A stretch of DNA of 64,000 nt from Candidatus Wirthbacteria bacterium (GCA_903889905.1 CAISZI010000048.1:70668-134667), one strand, 5' to 3'; shown: positions 38,379 to 48,870, counted from the stretch's first letter. Program-made: numbers and translations. The notes: a model not told the origin generated them from the sequence alone.

Positions 38379-39119
38379 TTAGCCCTGTTCCTGCCTGTGC
38401 TGCATCCATTCGTGGACAAAGACTTCGGCGGCTTCCGACTCAATACCTTCTACAATTTTCCGGGCAACATCTTCAGCACTGTCCGGTGGTTTGAAACCTC
38501 CTTCGTCGCCCGCATTCGATTTCCACTCGCGCGCCTCATGCTTGAGGGTATTTTTCTCAAATTCCGTCAATGTCATGTAGGGGTAAACCACGTTCACCCC
38601 GATTTTGTCCGCTTTGAGTTCTTCACGTGCGGTCAAGCTGATACCGACCAAAGCACGCTTCATGGCGGCATAAGCACTCATACCTGGAAGATGCATCAAA
38701 GCGAGACCTGAGCTGATATTGCTGATGAACCCACCCCCCTGGGCACGCATTTGCGGAATCACCTGCTGCATCGCGACCAGTGGCCCGATCAGGTCCAGTT
38801 CAAACAGATCCCGCAGCAAGTCTGTACGAATGTGTTCGACCGGCGCATCATAGCCTCGCCCGGCATTGTTAACCAGAATATCCACCCGACCCATGTGGGC
38901 CAACGCTTTGGCAACCATCATTCTGACCTCAGCTTCTTTGGCCATATCTGCTGGTACGACGAGCGCACCTGGCAATGCTTTGGCCAACGCCTCGAGTTTA
39001 TCAAATGACCGCGACGTCAGCACGACTTTGGCGCCTTTCCTGGCCAGCAAACGAGCCGTTGCCTCACCGATACCCATCGACGCACCTGTCACAATGGCAA
39101 CTTTACCTTGAATTTCCAT
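38379..39119 (-). CDS. SDR family oxidoreductase
   Basis: TGASMGIG, NNAG, YAAMK. Confidence 0.92.
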   Translation of the reverse strand: MEIQGKVAIVTGASMGIGEATARLLARKGAKVVLTSRSFDKLEALAKALPGALVVPADMAKEAEVRMMVAKALAHMGRVDILVNNAGRGYDAPVEHIRTDLLRDLFELDLIGPLVAMQQVIPQMRAQGGGFISNISSGLALMHLPGMSAYAAMKRALVGISLTAREELKADKIGVNVVYPYMTLTEFEKNTLKHEAREWKSNAGDEGGFKPPDSAEDVARKIVEGIESEAAEVFVHEWMQHRQEQG

Positions 39120-39149
39120 ACCAATAACCTCGGCAATAAATAATAATGC

Positions 39150-39533
39150 CTATCGGGCTTCGACAAATTCTTTGAGCGGGCCAAGGTAATAACGCTTCCA
39201 GCCATCATCAATGTCGTCAACTTCCGCCTCAGGCACACCACTTTGGGTCAGATGGAGAGAGGTGATGCCATCGGCAAAAGTCAGTTCAAACTTAACCTGT
39301 GATGGCTTGTCCCAATCGCCGCCAAACCAGTCCTGTTCCAAGCAGCTACCTTTGACCACCTTGGTATTGGAACCATGAATGTCTCCGCCCCAAAGCTTGA
39401 AAGTGGTGCCTGCCTCACCACGCATCACAGCAGGCCCGCCGCCCCAGCCCTCAATCTGTTCTGGATCTGTCAGCGCGTCCCAGACTGCCCGCAGCGGCGC
39501 TTTGATCGCATATGTTTGCTCAATTATTTTCAT
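39150..39533 (-). CDS. SRPBCC/AHSA1 domain protein
   Basis: APLRAVWDALTDP...GW..YYLGPLK. Confidence 0.88.
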   Translation of the reverse strand: MKIIEQTYAIKAPLRAVWDALTDPEQIEGWGGGPAVMRGEAGTTFKLWGGDIHGSNTKVVKGSCLEQDWFGGDWDKPSQVKFELTFADGITSLHLTQSGVPEAEVDDIDDGWKRYYLGPLKEFVEAR

Positions 39534-39661
39534 ACGATTTCCTTAATAATATTGACCAAAAAAAATTTTGGGTACAAGCATACTGCACAAAAAAATAATG
39601 CCATTATCGTGCAGAGTTTTACAGGAATTCAACTTTTTATTCAATCCGTGCAAAAAATAAA

Positions 39662-39690
39662 TTGACATATCCATACGATAATGCTATGAA
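39662..39690 (+). promoter_or_regulatory. Sigma70 promoter
   Basis: TTGACA-17 bp-TATGAA with extended TG. Confidence 0.5.
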
Positions 39691-39755
39691 TTGTTCACAT
39701 TAGTTTGACCCAAAAATATTTATAAAATGTTTTATTATTAAAAGAAAGTAGCTTC

Positions 39756-40349
39756 ATGTTCAAAAAAATCATCCCGGTGGTCAGTCTGGTGGCAACACTA
39801 GGTGTCGCTGCGCCCAGTGCCTTTGCCAGTGTGCAAGTATCGTCGTCAAACACGACCAATTGTTCATTCAGCTCAACTTCTTCAGCCATGTTTTCGTCAC
39901 CATGCTTCCCTGCAATCAGTCCCATGCCCATGATCACTCAGCCCATCTTCCCCGTCGTGCAACCTGTCATTCCTGGTTTGACCAATTTTGGCAGTCAAGG
40001 TCTTTTCTTCTTCTCCCCATTCCTCTCACCTTCGCTGCCGGTAATCATGCCTACCATGCCAAGTGTTTATTTCAGCTCAGGGCTACTCTTTAATAGCCCT
40101 GTTACCACCAATTTGGTGAATATCACCAATCAGGCCTTTGCCCCGCTCTCAATTGCAATTCCCGTCGGGACAACCGTCATCTGGACCAACCATGACACAG
40201 CGCCTCAGTCCATTCTCTTCTTTGATGGGACTTCCTCGGGCCTGCTCAACCCTGGCCAGACGTTTGCCCACACCTTTATGCTGCCTGGCATCATGACCTA
40301 CTCGAGCAGCTTGTATCCAATGCTGATGGGTATGATTACGATTCAGTAA
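39756..40349 (+). CDS. Secreted protein with C-terminal cupredoxin-like domain lacking Cu ligands
   Basis: Signal peptide ending AFA; FAPLSIAIPVGTTVIWTNHD...SGLLNPGQTFAHTF..PG...Y......MGMITIQ. Confidence 0.75.
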   Translation: MFKKIIPVVSLVATLGVAAPSAFASVQVSSSNTTNCSFSSTSSAMFSSPCFPAISPMPMITQPIFPVVQPVIPGLTNFGSQGLFFFSPFLSPSLPVIMPTMPSVYFSSGLLFNSPVTTNLVNITNQAFAPLSIAIPVGTTVIWTNHDTAPQSILFFDGTSSGLLNPGQTFAHTFMLPGIMTYSSSLYPMLMGMITIQ

Positions 40350-40387
40350 AGCGGCGATCAGCGCCTCATCCCTGGCTTTAACGCCAA

Positions 40388-40423
40388 ACAAAAAACCCGT
40401 CGTACTGATGACGGGTTTTTTGT
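40388..40423. terminator. Bidirectional intrinsic terminator
   Basis: ACAAAAAACCCGTC-8 nt-GACGGGTTTTTTGT between convergent genes. Confidence 0.85.
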
Positions 40424-40560
40424 AATTACAGTTCATCCCAATTCTCGATCTCAAGGAATCGGCATGCGTCTGATCGAATAAGTGACGACACGAAATGTTT
40501 ATGTTTTCCTTATCAACAGTGTCACTGATCCTGCGATACGCCAGGCCGGGTAACCCTTTC

Positions 40561-41355
40561 CTAAAACTCATGCCGATCCGAGACCAGCTTGCCACCGTCC
40601 ACAACCAGGGATTGACCATTGATAAACGATGACTCTGGGCTAGCCAAAAAAGAGACGACGTTAGCAATTTCCTCTACCTCACACACCCTTTGCATCGGGT
40701 ATTGTTTGGCAATATCGGCATACCAGATCGTCAGCTCCGCGGGCGTGCGACCATTTTCGGAATTGGCAATGCGAACAAAACCCGGGCAAATGGCATTGGC
40801 GCGGATTCTGGGCGCAAAGTCGACTGCCAGTGAATGCGTGAGCGCATTGATGGCTGCCTTGGAAACAGAATAGACGGCAAAATCCGGCAGTGCGTTAAAC
40901 GCTCCGATCGAGGAAATATTGATAATGGTCGCCTGCTCGGACTTGAGCATGAGCGGAATGCAATATTTACACATTTTAAAATAACTGCCCAAATTCACGA
41001 GCATGGTTTTGTCCCATTCCGCTTCATCGATCTCGGCGACACTTTTGGCCATGCCTGGACTGTACCGGGAGACACCATTGACCAGGCAATCAAGTCGACC
41101 GTAGCGTTGTTGCGTTTGCTCAACGATCTGTTTAACACCTGTTGTGGTCGCCACATCCGCCCGCATAAACGTCGCCTCGCCGCCCTGCTCACGAATCAGC
41201 TCAACCGTGCGCGCACCCATCTCGCCTTCGTCTACGACCACCACCACAAAACCATCTTTGGCCAGACGCAAAGCATTGGCTCCACCGATCGAAGGCCCGC
41301 CAGATTGGTACCCCATGGCTGCACCGGTGACAATTGCTACTTGGGATGAGGACAT
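40561..41355 (-). CDS. SDR family oxidoreductase
   Basis: TGAA..(insert)..SIG, YSVSK, IRANAICPG, FINGQSLVVDGG. Confidence 0.9.
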   Translation of the reverse strand: MSSSQVAIVTGAAMGYQSGGPSIGGANALRLAKDGFVVVVVDEGEMGARTVELIREQGGEATFMRADVATTTGVKQIVEQTQQRYGRLDCLVNGVSRYSPGMAKSVAEIDEAEWDKTMLVNLGSYFKMCKYCIPLMLKSEQATIINISSIGAFNALPDFAVYSVSKAAINALTHSLAVDFAPRIRANAICPGFVRIANSENGRTPAELTIWYADIAKQYPMQRVCEVEEIANVVSFLASPESSFINGQSLVVDGGKLVSDRHEF

Positions 41356-41411
41356 TGGCGACTCCACTTTCTAAAAATTTGATCCAAGTGGATGTTAGCA
41401 CAAAAAAAGGC

Positions 41412-43550
41412 TCAATCCTGGTTGCGTCGCAAAAAAATCCGCGCCAGACGGATAGCTTCATAGGAATATTTTTCACCCAGATTTTCCTTGGCCGCAACCA
41501 GCGACCAACCCGCTGCAGCAAGTGCACGGTGAATTATTTCCAGCTGACTTTCATCGGGTCGCAGATGTTCGATCGACAAATCTGGTTCCTGCTGCAACAA
41601 TTTCTCAATATGCCCAAGCACGGTGGCTGGAACCAGTCCACGCCGAGCGGCAATGGCCTCCAAACCCAAACCAGACCGAAGCAGTTCCCTTGTCTGCGAA
41701 TAGGTTACCCCAAGGTATTTGGGTGCCGGCGAGCGGGACACGGCGCGTTGAATTTCGTTCACTCCGGTTTCCCGCGCATAATCACGAACCACGCCAAGGA
41801 ATTCCAACCCAAACTGTTCCCATTTTTGGCGACCCACCCCAAAAGTTTGCAACAGACTGGTTTCACTTTGGGGAAAATAAGCGGCCATTTCACGCAGGGT
41901 TTTATCCCCAAAAATCACATAAGGCGGCACGCCACGCTGATCTGCCAGCGACTTGCGCAGGATACGCAGACGATCAAACAGAATGGGATCAACGGGCATC
42001 GCGTCAATGGATTGATCCAATCCTTTGCCAGATTTGGGTTGCATGGACGATGACAAGCTCAAACTTTGCTTCTGCTCCAGGAAATCCCTGCCTTTGGGTG
42101 TCATCAATAGCACTGGATATTCGCCGGTGCTCTGGGCCAGTAAATGCAGGGAAATTAATTGACGGATAATACTTACCAGTTCGGTTTTCTTGTGTGCCTT
42201 AAGTGTGCCAAACACTGGCAGCAAGTGGTGATTAAAACGTTCGCTGCGTTCGTCTGATTTTCCCAGCAGCACTGACGCCACATAACCAATACCAAAACTC
42301 TCACGCGTTGCCTGGACAGCCGTCAAAATCGTCCGCGTCACATCGGTCGCATCTACCTGCACAGTCTCGCCCAGGCAATTGTCACAGTTGTCACACTTGT
42401 CCCGCGGCATCACTTCGCCAAAATGCCCGAGCAAATACTGACGACGGCAAGTGGAAAGGTCTCCAAACCTCAACACTTCTTCCAACTTGGCCCAGGCTTT
42501 TTGTTGTTCGGCTTCGGTTTCGAGCTGGTCAATGAAAAAAGCGTGTTTGCGACGATCGCCGTGTGAAAAAAACAGCACACATTCCGCTGGTAGTCCATCC
42601 CGGCCAGCGCGCCCGGTTTCCTGATAATACGCCTCCACCGACTTGGGTAAATCACAGTGCACAACAAGACGAACATTGGATTTATCGATGCCCATGCCAA
42701 AGGCAATGGTGGCAATGATCATGTCGATTTCGTCCCTGATAAACTGGTCCTGCACGTGCGACCGAGTAGCGCTATCCAGTCCACCATGGTACGCCGCTGC
42801 CTTGAAACCGCTGTGCTGCAAACTCTCGGCCAGTTCCTCGGTACCTTTGCGCGAAAAACAGTAGACGATACAGCTCTGGCCACGGTATTTGTCCAGAAGG
42901 TCATGTAAACTGGTGGCCATGCCTTTTTTGGGCATTACCACATACTTCAAATTAGGCCGGTCAAAACTGGCAAGGAAAACCGCCGGCTCCCGCAGCTGCA
43001 GTTGCGTGACAATGTCGGCCCGTACCTTATCCGTGGCAGTCGCCGTCAGCGCCATCATTGGAACGCGTGGAAACCACTGCCGCAAAATGCGTAATTCGCG
43101 ATAATCCGGCCTGAAATCGTGGCCCCATTCCGAAATACAGTGTGCCTCATCAATGGCGATCAAACTGATGGGCAAGTCACGGATAAATGAGGCAAACCCC
43201 ATGGCCGCGAGCCGCTCTGGGGCAATGTACAAAATCTTGATCTGGCCCGCTTGTGCGGCGCGCTGGACTTGGGCAATTTCGGCGCCAGAAAGTGAACTGT
43301 TGATCAAAGCCACGGCCACACCACTTACCCGCAGTTGATCCACCTGGTCTTTCATCAAGGCAATCAGCGGCGACACCACGATCGCCATCCCGGTCATTTT
43401 GATCGCCGGCAGTTGGTAACACAGCGATTTGCCGCCACCAGTGGGCATGATCGCCAGGGTATCGCGTCCCTGCATCACACTGGCGATGATCTCCTGCTGC
43501 AACGGGTAAAATGAATCGTACCCAAACACTTGCTTCAATAATTCCTGCAT
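41412..43550 (-). CDS. recQ: ATP-dependent DNA helicase RecQ
   Basis: MPTGGGKSLCYQLP, DEAHCISEWGHDFRPDY, YYQETGRAGRDG, RQC zinc site, HRDC, C-terminal HTH. Confidence 0.96.
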   Translation of the reverse strand: MQELLKQVFGYDSFYPLQQEIIASVMQGRDTLAIMPTGGGKSLCYQLPAIKMTGMAIVVSPLIALMKDQVDQLRVSGVAVALINSSLSGAEIAQVQRAAQAGQIKILYIAPERLAAMGFASFIRDLPISLIAIDEAHCISEWGHDFRPDYRELRILRQWFPRVPMMALTATATDKVRADIVTQLQLREPAVFLASFDRPNLKYVVMPKKGMATSLHDLLDKYRGQSCIVYCFSRKGTEELAESLQHSGFKAAAYHGGLDSATRSHVQDQFIRDEIDMIIATIAFGMGIDKSNVRLVVHCDLPKSVEAYYQETGRAGRDGLPAECVLFFSHGDRRKHAFFIDQLETEAEQQKAWAKLEEVLRFGDLSTCRRQYLLGHFGEVMPRDKCDNCDNCLGETVQVDATDVTRTILTAVQATRESFGIGYVASVLLGKSDERSERFNHHLLPVFGTLKAHKKTELVSIIRQLISLHLLAQSTGEYPVLLMTPKGRDFLEQKQSLSLSSSMQPKSGKGLDQSIDAMPVDPILFDRLRILRKSLADQRGVPPYVIFGDKTLREMAAYFPQSETSLLQTFGVGRQKWEQFGLEFLGVVRDYARETGVNEIQRAVSRSPAPKYLGVTYSQTRELLRSGLGLEAIAARRGLVPATVLGHIEKLLQQEPDLSIEHLRPDESQLEIIHRALAAAGWSLVAAKENLGEKYSYEAIRLARIFLRRNQD

Positions 43551-43694
43551 CCCGACTCCTCCCCACTAGTTTGACAAAACAGCAAAATAAATTTGCTGCT
43601 CCTTTATACGCGAGGGTCGAGCAGGAAAGCAATTTTTGCACCCAATTTGAAACCAACTTGATACTGTTTTGAGACGGTCCAATCACTTCTGCCC

Positions 43695-45425
43695 CTAACC
43701 GAACGTAAACGTGTAGGCCAGAATGCCCGGTGTTTCGAACTCCAACCGCAACACATGCTGCTCAGTTTTGCCGCGCAAATCCACCAGGTTATACAAACGG
43801 TCACGGTCGAGGATGACTGCGCTATTTTGGACATCTGATCCCGCCCGTAACGGATCAATCCGGTTGCCATCCAGATAAACGTTGACTTTGCCACCCGTCG
43901 CCGTGCCGGGCCGCAGGATGATAAACACTTTGCTGGCCAGAAAGTTTTCACTCAGCGTGGCCTTTTCCCCTGCCTCGGCAAATTCACCCGCAATGCCCCA
44001 ACTACCGCCCAGACTGAACGTTCCTGATGCCGGATTTGAGCTCAATGTGAACTGCCTTGTTCCGTTACCGAGGCTACCATCAGGATAATAATACTGGGCG
44101 CGACTGGAACCAAAATACGTTTCCGGCGTGAGTCGAGTTTGCGGTGTCTGGTCAGGCAAAGTCGTCACCGTGGCAGTCACCGTTTGACCTGCTTCAAGCA
44201 GTAACGCCCGGATTGCCTGTTCCATCTCGTCATAACCACCTTCGCCAAAATCCGTCCGCCGGATTATTCCTTTGGCATCAATCAGATATTCGGCAGGCCA
44301 GTATTCATTGTTGAAATTATTCCAGGTGGCATAGTTATTATCCTGCGCCACCGGATAATGGATTTTGAACTGATTGATGGCGTTTTGGACATTCTGCGTT
44401 TCTTTTTCAAACGCAAATTCTGGCGTATGCACCCCAATCACTTCCAGCCCTTGGCTATGGTACTGGTCGTACCAGCTGGTTACATGTGGCAAGGTCCGCA
44501 GGCAATTAATACAGGTGTAGGTCCAGAAATCCACCAGCACCACCTTGCCCCGCAAATCCGCAAGACGGAGCGGTTGATTGGTATTGAGCCAATGGTCAAT
44601 GCCGGTAATGGCTGGTGCGGGTTGGTTCACATTAAATAAACCCGGAACTACCGCCGCTAAAGCAGAGGATTTGCCTTGCAGTTGTGACAGCTGCTGCTCC
44701 ACAACAGGGCTACTTTCAAATCCATTCAAAGCCGTAGCCAGCGCCGGAAACTCGTTGAGTAATTGCAATTGCAGTGTTTGGGCATAATTTGTGTAAAGCG
44801 CTACCGCAGCCAAAATCATGACAACACCAAAGCCTTGCCGCAGTAACTTGGTATATCGACCCAATCTGCGCGTCCGCCCTATCAACCGTTGCCCGCCATA
44901 AGCCATGACAAAGAGAGGAATACCCACGCCAGCAACATAGGTCAGTGTCATCAGGACGACAAACAGGGTGACTTTGCCGGTAGCTGCCAGTGCTGCGATT
45001 GTCGCCAAAATGGGTCCGGCGCAAGGGCTCCAGACAATACCGAGAGCCCATCCCGTAAGTACCCCCGGCCAAAACCCCGTGCGTTGGTCTCTGGGGTGTC
45101 CAAAACGTGACGAAAATCTTGATAAAACAACTTCTAACCGCGCACCCAGTTGCGGGATGACCATGCTGATGCCCAGTAGCCCTATCACCCACATCGCCAG
45201 CAAACGTAAACCACTTGGATCGAGGTGCAGGAGGCGCACCAGTATTGCCAGTGCCAGGGTAAAAAAGGCAAAACCTCCCATCAACCCCAGACAGATTCCC
45301 AAGGGGCGCCAGATATTTTTTTCCCCAGCCAGGGACGCCGACAAAACCACGGGCAGCAATGGCCAGATACACGGTGCTGCGATCGTTACCAGGCCGGAGA
45401 TAAAAGCAAACAGCAGCAATAGCAT
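43695..45425 (-). CDS. dipZ: DipZ-like CcdA-thioredoxin fusion
   Basis: APCIWPLLP, WSPCAGPILA, DFWTYTCINCLRT, GVHTPEF, TPETY, YTFTFG. Confidence 0.88.
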   Translation of the reverse strand: MLLLLFAFISGLVTIAAPCIWPLLPVVLSASLAGEKNIWRPLGICLGLMGGFAFFTLALAILVRLLHLDPSGLRLLAMWVIGLLGISMVIPQLGARLEVVLSRFSSRFGHPRDQRTGFWPGVLTGWALGIVWSPCAGPILATIAALAATGKVTLFVVLMTLTYVAGVGIPLFVMAYGGQRLIGRTRRLGRYTKLLRQGFGVVMILAAVALYTNYAQTLQLQLLNEFPALATALNGFESSPVVEQQLSQLQGKSSALAAVVPGLFNVNQPAPAITGIDHWLNTNQPLRLADLRGKVVLVDFWTYTCINCLRTLPHVTSWYDQYHSQGLEVIGVHTPEFAFEKETQNVQNAINQFKIHYPVAQDNNYATWNNFNNEYWPAEYLIDAKGIIRRTDFGEGGYDEMEQAIRALLLEAGQTVTATVTTLPDQTPQTRLTPETYFGSSRAQYYYPDGSLGNGTRQFTLSSNPASGTFSLGGSWGIAGEFAEAGEKATLSENFLASKVFIILRPGTATGGKVNVYLDGNRIDPLRAGSDVQNSAVILDRDRLYNLVDLRGKTEQHVLRLEFETPGILAYTFTFG

Positions 45426-45636
45426 CGCCAACCTTTACTTAAAAACGTCACAAATCAATGGTTGATACGGAAAAACTTTGTAAACATATATTACATCAAA
45501 ATTGGACAAATTAAGATAAATTTAGTATTAATATAAACAATCCAAAATTGCACTCTTTTGAATTTACCTGTCTTCACCTTAAATAATTCTAATAGCCAGG
45601 AATTAAGCAGTTTAGTGTGACTATTTCAAAAAGTAT

Positions 45637-45665
45637 TTGACATACTAATAGCAAAATGATATCAG
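45637..45665 (+). promoter_or_regulatory. Sigma70 promoter
   Basis: TTGACA-17 bp-TATCAG with extended TG. Confidence 0.45.
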
Positions 45666-45701
45666 ATGAGATGAAATCACTATTCAACAAAAGGAATACC
45701 A

Positions 45702-46889
45702 ATGCAAATCAAGAAAATTCTGCCAATTATCACCCCAGCCGTGCTACTGATTACGCTCGCCGCCATGACCGCCACCCCCCTGGTCACCGCCGCCATCGTC
45801 ACCTGCAGCAACACCAATACCCAAAGTGGCTCTGTCAATCACTGTACCAATACGGTTTTCCTGCATGCAGCCATTTCCAATGCCCAATCCGCAATGGTCG
45901 CAAATGCCAGCAATCAGACAGGCACTACCGGTGGCAATGTGATCAGTAATATCAATGGCAATGTAACCTACACTACGGGTTCTGTGGACACAACTGCCAG
46001 CGCCCAGACCACAGTCAATCAGACCACCAATACCATTGCCGCTGCGACCGACGCCATTGCGGTCTCTGCCAGCAATGACAAAACGGGTGCGAACTCAACA
46101 AATACGGCTGCCAATACCGTTGTCGTAGATCAGACGGTTGCCACCATCAATACTATGCAAACAACCAGTACCGCCGTCGTTAATAACAATTCCGGTCAAA
46201 ACGCCGTCACCGCCGTCAACGGCAATGTGACGGGCTCGACTGGCCCAGTCAAATCCGCGGTCACCCAAGCCACCACTGGCAACGTTGTCCAAAACAATAT
46301 CGCGCCGCCAGTTGCCATTACTGTCAATGCGAACAACACCAATACGCAATCCAACTCAACCAATACCACCACCAACACCACGAGCAGTACGACGAACGTA
46401 GCCAACAGCAGCACCTGCGGTGTCAACAACGTTGATCTCGTCGCCAACAACTCCGGCAATAACGCAAACGGTTCCGTCAATGGCAACATTTTCATCCATA
46501 GTGGCGGCACAACCTCCCAGCTGAATCAAGGTTCTCAATGCAATCAGGCCACCACCGCCGTCAACACACCGCCTACCACCCCTGTTGTTCCGACGACTCC
46601 CCCAACGACGCCCACCACACCTGGGACCACCACCACGCCGACGACCCCACCCGATGCAACCAAACCCGCGGGACAAGTGCTGGGTGCCGAGACAACCAAT
46701 ACCAATACCCCTGCCGATACCACTTTGACCAAGCCCAGAGTTTTGGCAACTGTGGTTACCAAACTTGCCACGACCGGGTCTGACCTCAGCGTCGTCATCC
46801 TGATCATTTGCCTGGTTACAGGAGGCTTTGGGTTTTACCAACTAAGTCGCCAGCTACGCCAGGGTAAAGACATTTTCTCGAATCGTTAA
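45702..46889 (+). CDS. Asn/Thr-rich repeat surface protein with LxxTG-type C-terminal anchor
   Basis: Signal peptide, three ~88-aa repeats, PTTP linker, GQVLGA, LATTG followed by a TM and basic tail. Confidence 0.8.
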   Translation: MQIKKILPIITPAVLLITLAAMTATPLVTAAIVTCSNTNTQSGSVNHCTNTVFLHAAISNAQSAMVANASNQTGTTGGNVISNINGNVTYTTGSVDTTASAQTTVNQTTNTIAAATDAIAVSASNDKTGANSTNTAANTVVVDQTVATINTMQTTSTAVVNNNSGQNAVTAVNGNVTGSTGPVKSAVTQATTGNVVQNNIAPPVAITVNANNTNTQSNSTNTTTNTTSSTTNVANSSTCGVNNVDLVANNSGNNANGSVNGNIFIHSGGTTSQLNQGSQCNQATTAVNTPPTTPVVPTTPPTTPTTPGTTTTPTTPPDATKPAGQVLGAETTNTNTPADTTLTKPRVLATVVTKLATTGSDLSVVILIICLVTGGFGFYQLSRQLRQGKDIFSNR

Positions 46890-46918
46890 AAACCCGCCAA
46901 GAATCAGTTGCCATCCCC

Positions 46919-46949
46919 AAAAACCACCTCGCATGAGGTGGTTTTTTTT
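46919..46949. terminator. Bidirectional intrinsic terminator
   Basis: AAAAACCACCTC-gcat-GAGGTGGTTTTTTTT. Confidence 0.85.
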
Positions 46950-47077
46950 GGGATCTGGCAAAACCATTTAGAAGACATGATAAATATCAAAAATCTAACA
47001 GACTTATTTCCTGAATTATGGTCTGACGCTGCAGGCCTGATCAAATTATTGATGATCGGTCATAGTAAATAAAAAAA

Positions 47078-48274
47078 TCATTTGCTTCGCATGACCGGAC
47101 TGCTACAACGAAACCCTACGTCATCGATATTGGTCTTGGCGGCAACCGGACTTAAATGAATACAAAAAGCACCGGAATCATAACCATGCCGCCAGTTGCC
47201 GCCCCGGATAAACGTATAAAGCGTCGTGTTGGTATCATGGCTTGCGCTGTAATGATAGATCCTGCCGACGCCATTCGTGGAATTCCAGGCTGGGTTGGTG
47301 GGACGGAACGCGTCATAACCCAAACTAGGTGGTGACCCGTCATCCGTAATCACGGTGCCAAGTCCGCCGGGAGCAAATTCACTCCACATCCACCCCTGAT
47401 CCAGTTTGCCCGATGTTCTCGATTGTGGCTGCTGGTTGCGGGGAATTTCGGCATCAACCCACTGCCAGACATTGCCAGCCAGATCCCAGACAATCGTCCC
47501 GTTGCTTAATGCTAGTGTCCGCTTTTGCGAACTTTTGCCACCGCACTGATTGGAACCATCGGTGGTCGTACCATAACAAGCCTGATCGTCATTGCCGGCA
47601 ATCAGGGCTCCATTTGTGCCCGCACCGGCCAGCGACTGATTATTGGCGTCGTTGTGTCCATTGGCCAGAATCATCCCTGCTGCTCCCGGCTGAGCCCCGC
47701 AATTCGTTCCGTTTTTATTACACCAATTGGCGTTTACCTGCTCGATATTACGCGCTATCGTCATCCATTCGTTGTTAGTGAGCAGATGACTGCCTTGGGC
47801 CTCACAATAAATTTTGGCACTGTTGGCTGTCCCGTCGGCTTCGGGAATATAGGTAATTGGAAAACCGGAAGCCGTGGAAACGACCTGTTTGTCGCCCGTG
47901 CAGGCGCAACCCTTGCCGTTATTGCGGTAGGTGCCCGTCAACAGATTGCCATTTGTCCCGGCGCAGCTACCGCTGACAGGTTCCAATCCCTGAGATAGAT
48001 CACTGGTTGATGCGCATTTGGCATCATATTTCATCACGCAGAAATCTGTTGTCCCATAAGCAGGGTTCCCCGGAACCATGACAAATCCCGCCGGACAGCT
48101 CGCAATCGGTTGAGCGATGGGTGCGGAAACAACGGGCATGCTAACAGGCGTCGAAGGAACCGCGGCAAGTTTGCCCGGCATGACTGCAGCAGGACTAAGG
48201 TAGACATAAACAAGTAAACCCAATACCATTAAAACAACCGTCATGGCGATGGGGAAAAACATTTTTTTGATCAT
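47078..48274 (-). CDS. Membrane-anchored FGE-sulfatase/C-type lectin fold protein
   Basis: CPAGFVMVPG, FCVMKYDAK, LLTNNEWMTIARN, WDLAGNVWQW, RGGNW...GFRC. Confidence 0.85.
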   Translation of the reverse strand: MIKKMFFPIAMTVVLMVLGLLVYVYLSPAAVMPGKLAAVPSTPVSMPVVSAPIAQPIASCPAGFVMVPGNPAYGTTDFCVMKYDAKCASTSDLSQGLEPVSGSCAGTNGNLLTGTYRNNGKGCACTGDKQVVSTASGFPITYIPEADGTANSAKIYCEAQGSHLLTNNEWMTIARNIEQVNANWCNKNGTNCGAQPGAAGMILANGHNDANNQSLAGAGTNGALIAGNDDQACYGTTTDGSNQCGGKSSQKRTLALSNGTIVWDLAGNVWQWVDAEIPRNQQPQSRTSGKLDQGWMWSEFAPGGLGTVITDDGSPPSLGYDAFRPTNPAWNSTNGVGRIYHYSASHDTNTTLYTFIRGGNWRHGYDSGAFCIHLSPVAAKTNIDDVGFRCSSPVMRSK

Positions 48275-48289
48275 TTTTATGCTAACAAA

Positions 48290-48622
48290 TTACCGAATAA
48301 AATTACCGGACACGGACCGGCAAGCTTCCTCCAATTTCGCCTTTCGCTCAGTGCCATCTAGACTATCTGCAAATTGCTTGATCCGGCGCCGCACGTCATT
48401 CAGTCTTCGCTCAACCTCGCTGTGTCCTTTGGGATCATCAAACCCAAGTCCGGGCTTGAGTAATGTACGGTGACTATCGGCCACACTTTCTGCCATGACA
48501 AGCTCAACAAACAGGTTGTATTTGTCATCCTCGCCAATAAATCCTTCGTCAGACCTGGCAAGCAGCATTTCTATGACATCAAGAATTAGATGAACGGATG
48601 CATAGGTATTCCCAATTTCCAT
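48290..48622 (-). CDS. Hypothetical protein
   Basis: 110-aa ORF with AGGTG RBS. Confidence 0.5.
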   Translation of the reverse strand: MEIGNTYASVHLILDVIEMLLARSDEGFIGEDDKYNLFVELVMAESVADSHRTLLKPGLGFDDPKGHSEVERRLNDVRRRIKQFADSLDGTERKAKLEEACRSVSGNFIR

Positions 48623-48870
48623 TGATTCACCTGCTAATTTATTTTGTATTCCATACTCTTGATATTAAAGAACAATGGGAAAAATAACAAATATATTTAG
48701 TAACGACTCTCAACAATCCATGATCATCATGTTTCATGAGTGCCATTAATATTGACTTCGCATTGAGAATGCCGGCATTTTTGGTGAACCTGGTTAAACG
48801 TGATACAACTTTTGGTGACGCAATTCACCCTGGCCAATCTCGGCTTAATCTAACGAAACTAGGACAAAAA

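Noticed and set aside
46560-46670. Short ACC/CCG-rich repeats
   Set aside because: They encode a PTTP protein linker and are not a DNA-level array.
47078-47230. Complete diversity-generating retroelement
   Set aside because: No reverse transcriptase, Avd or template repeat was found in the window; kept only as a possible remote target.
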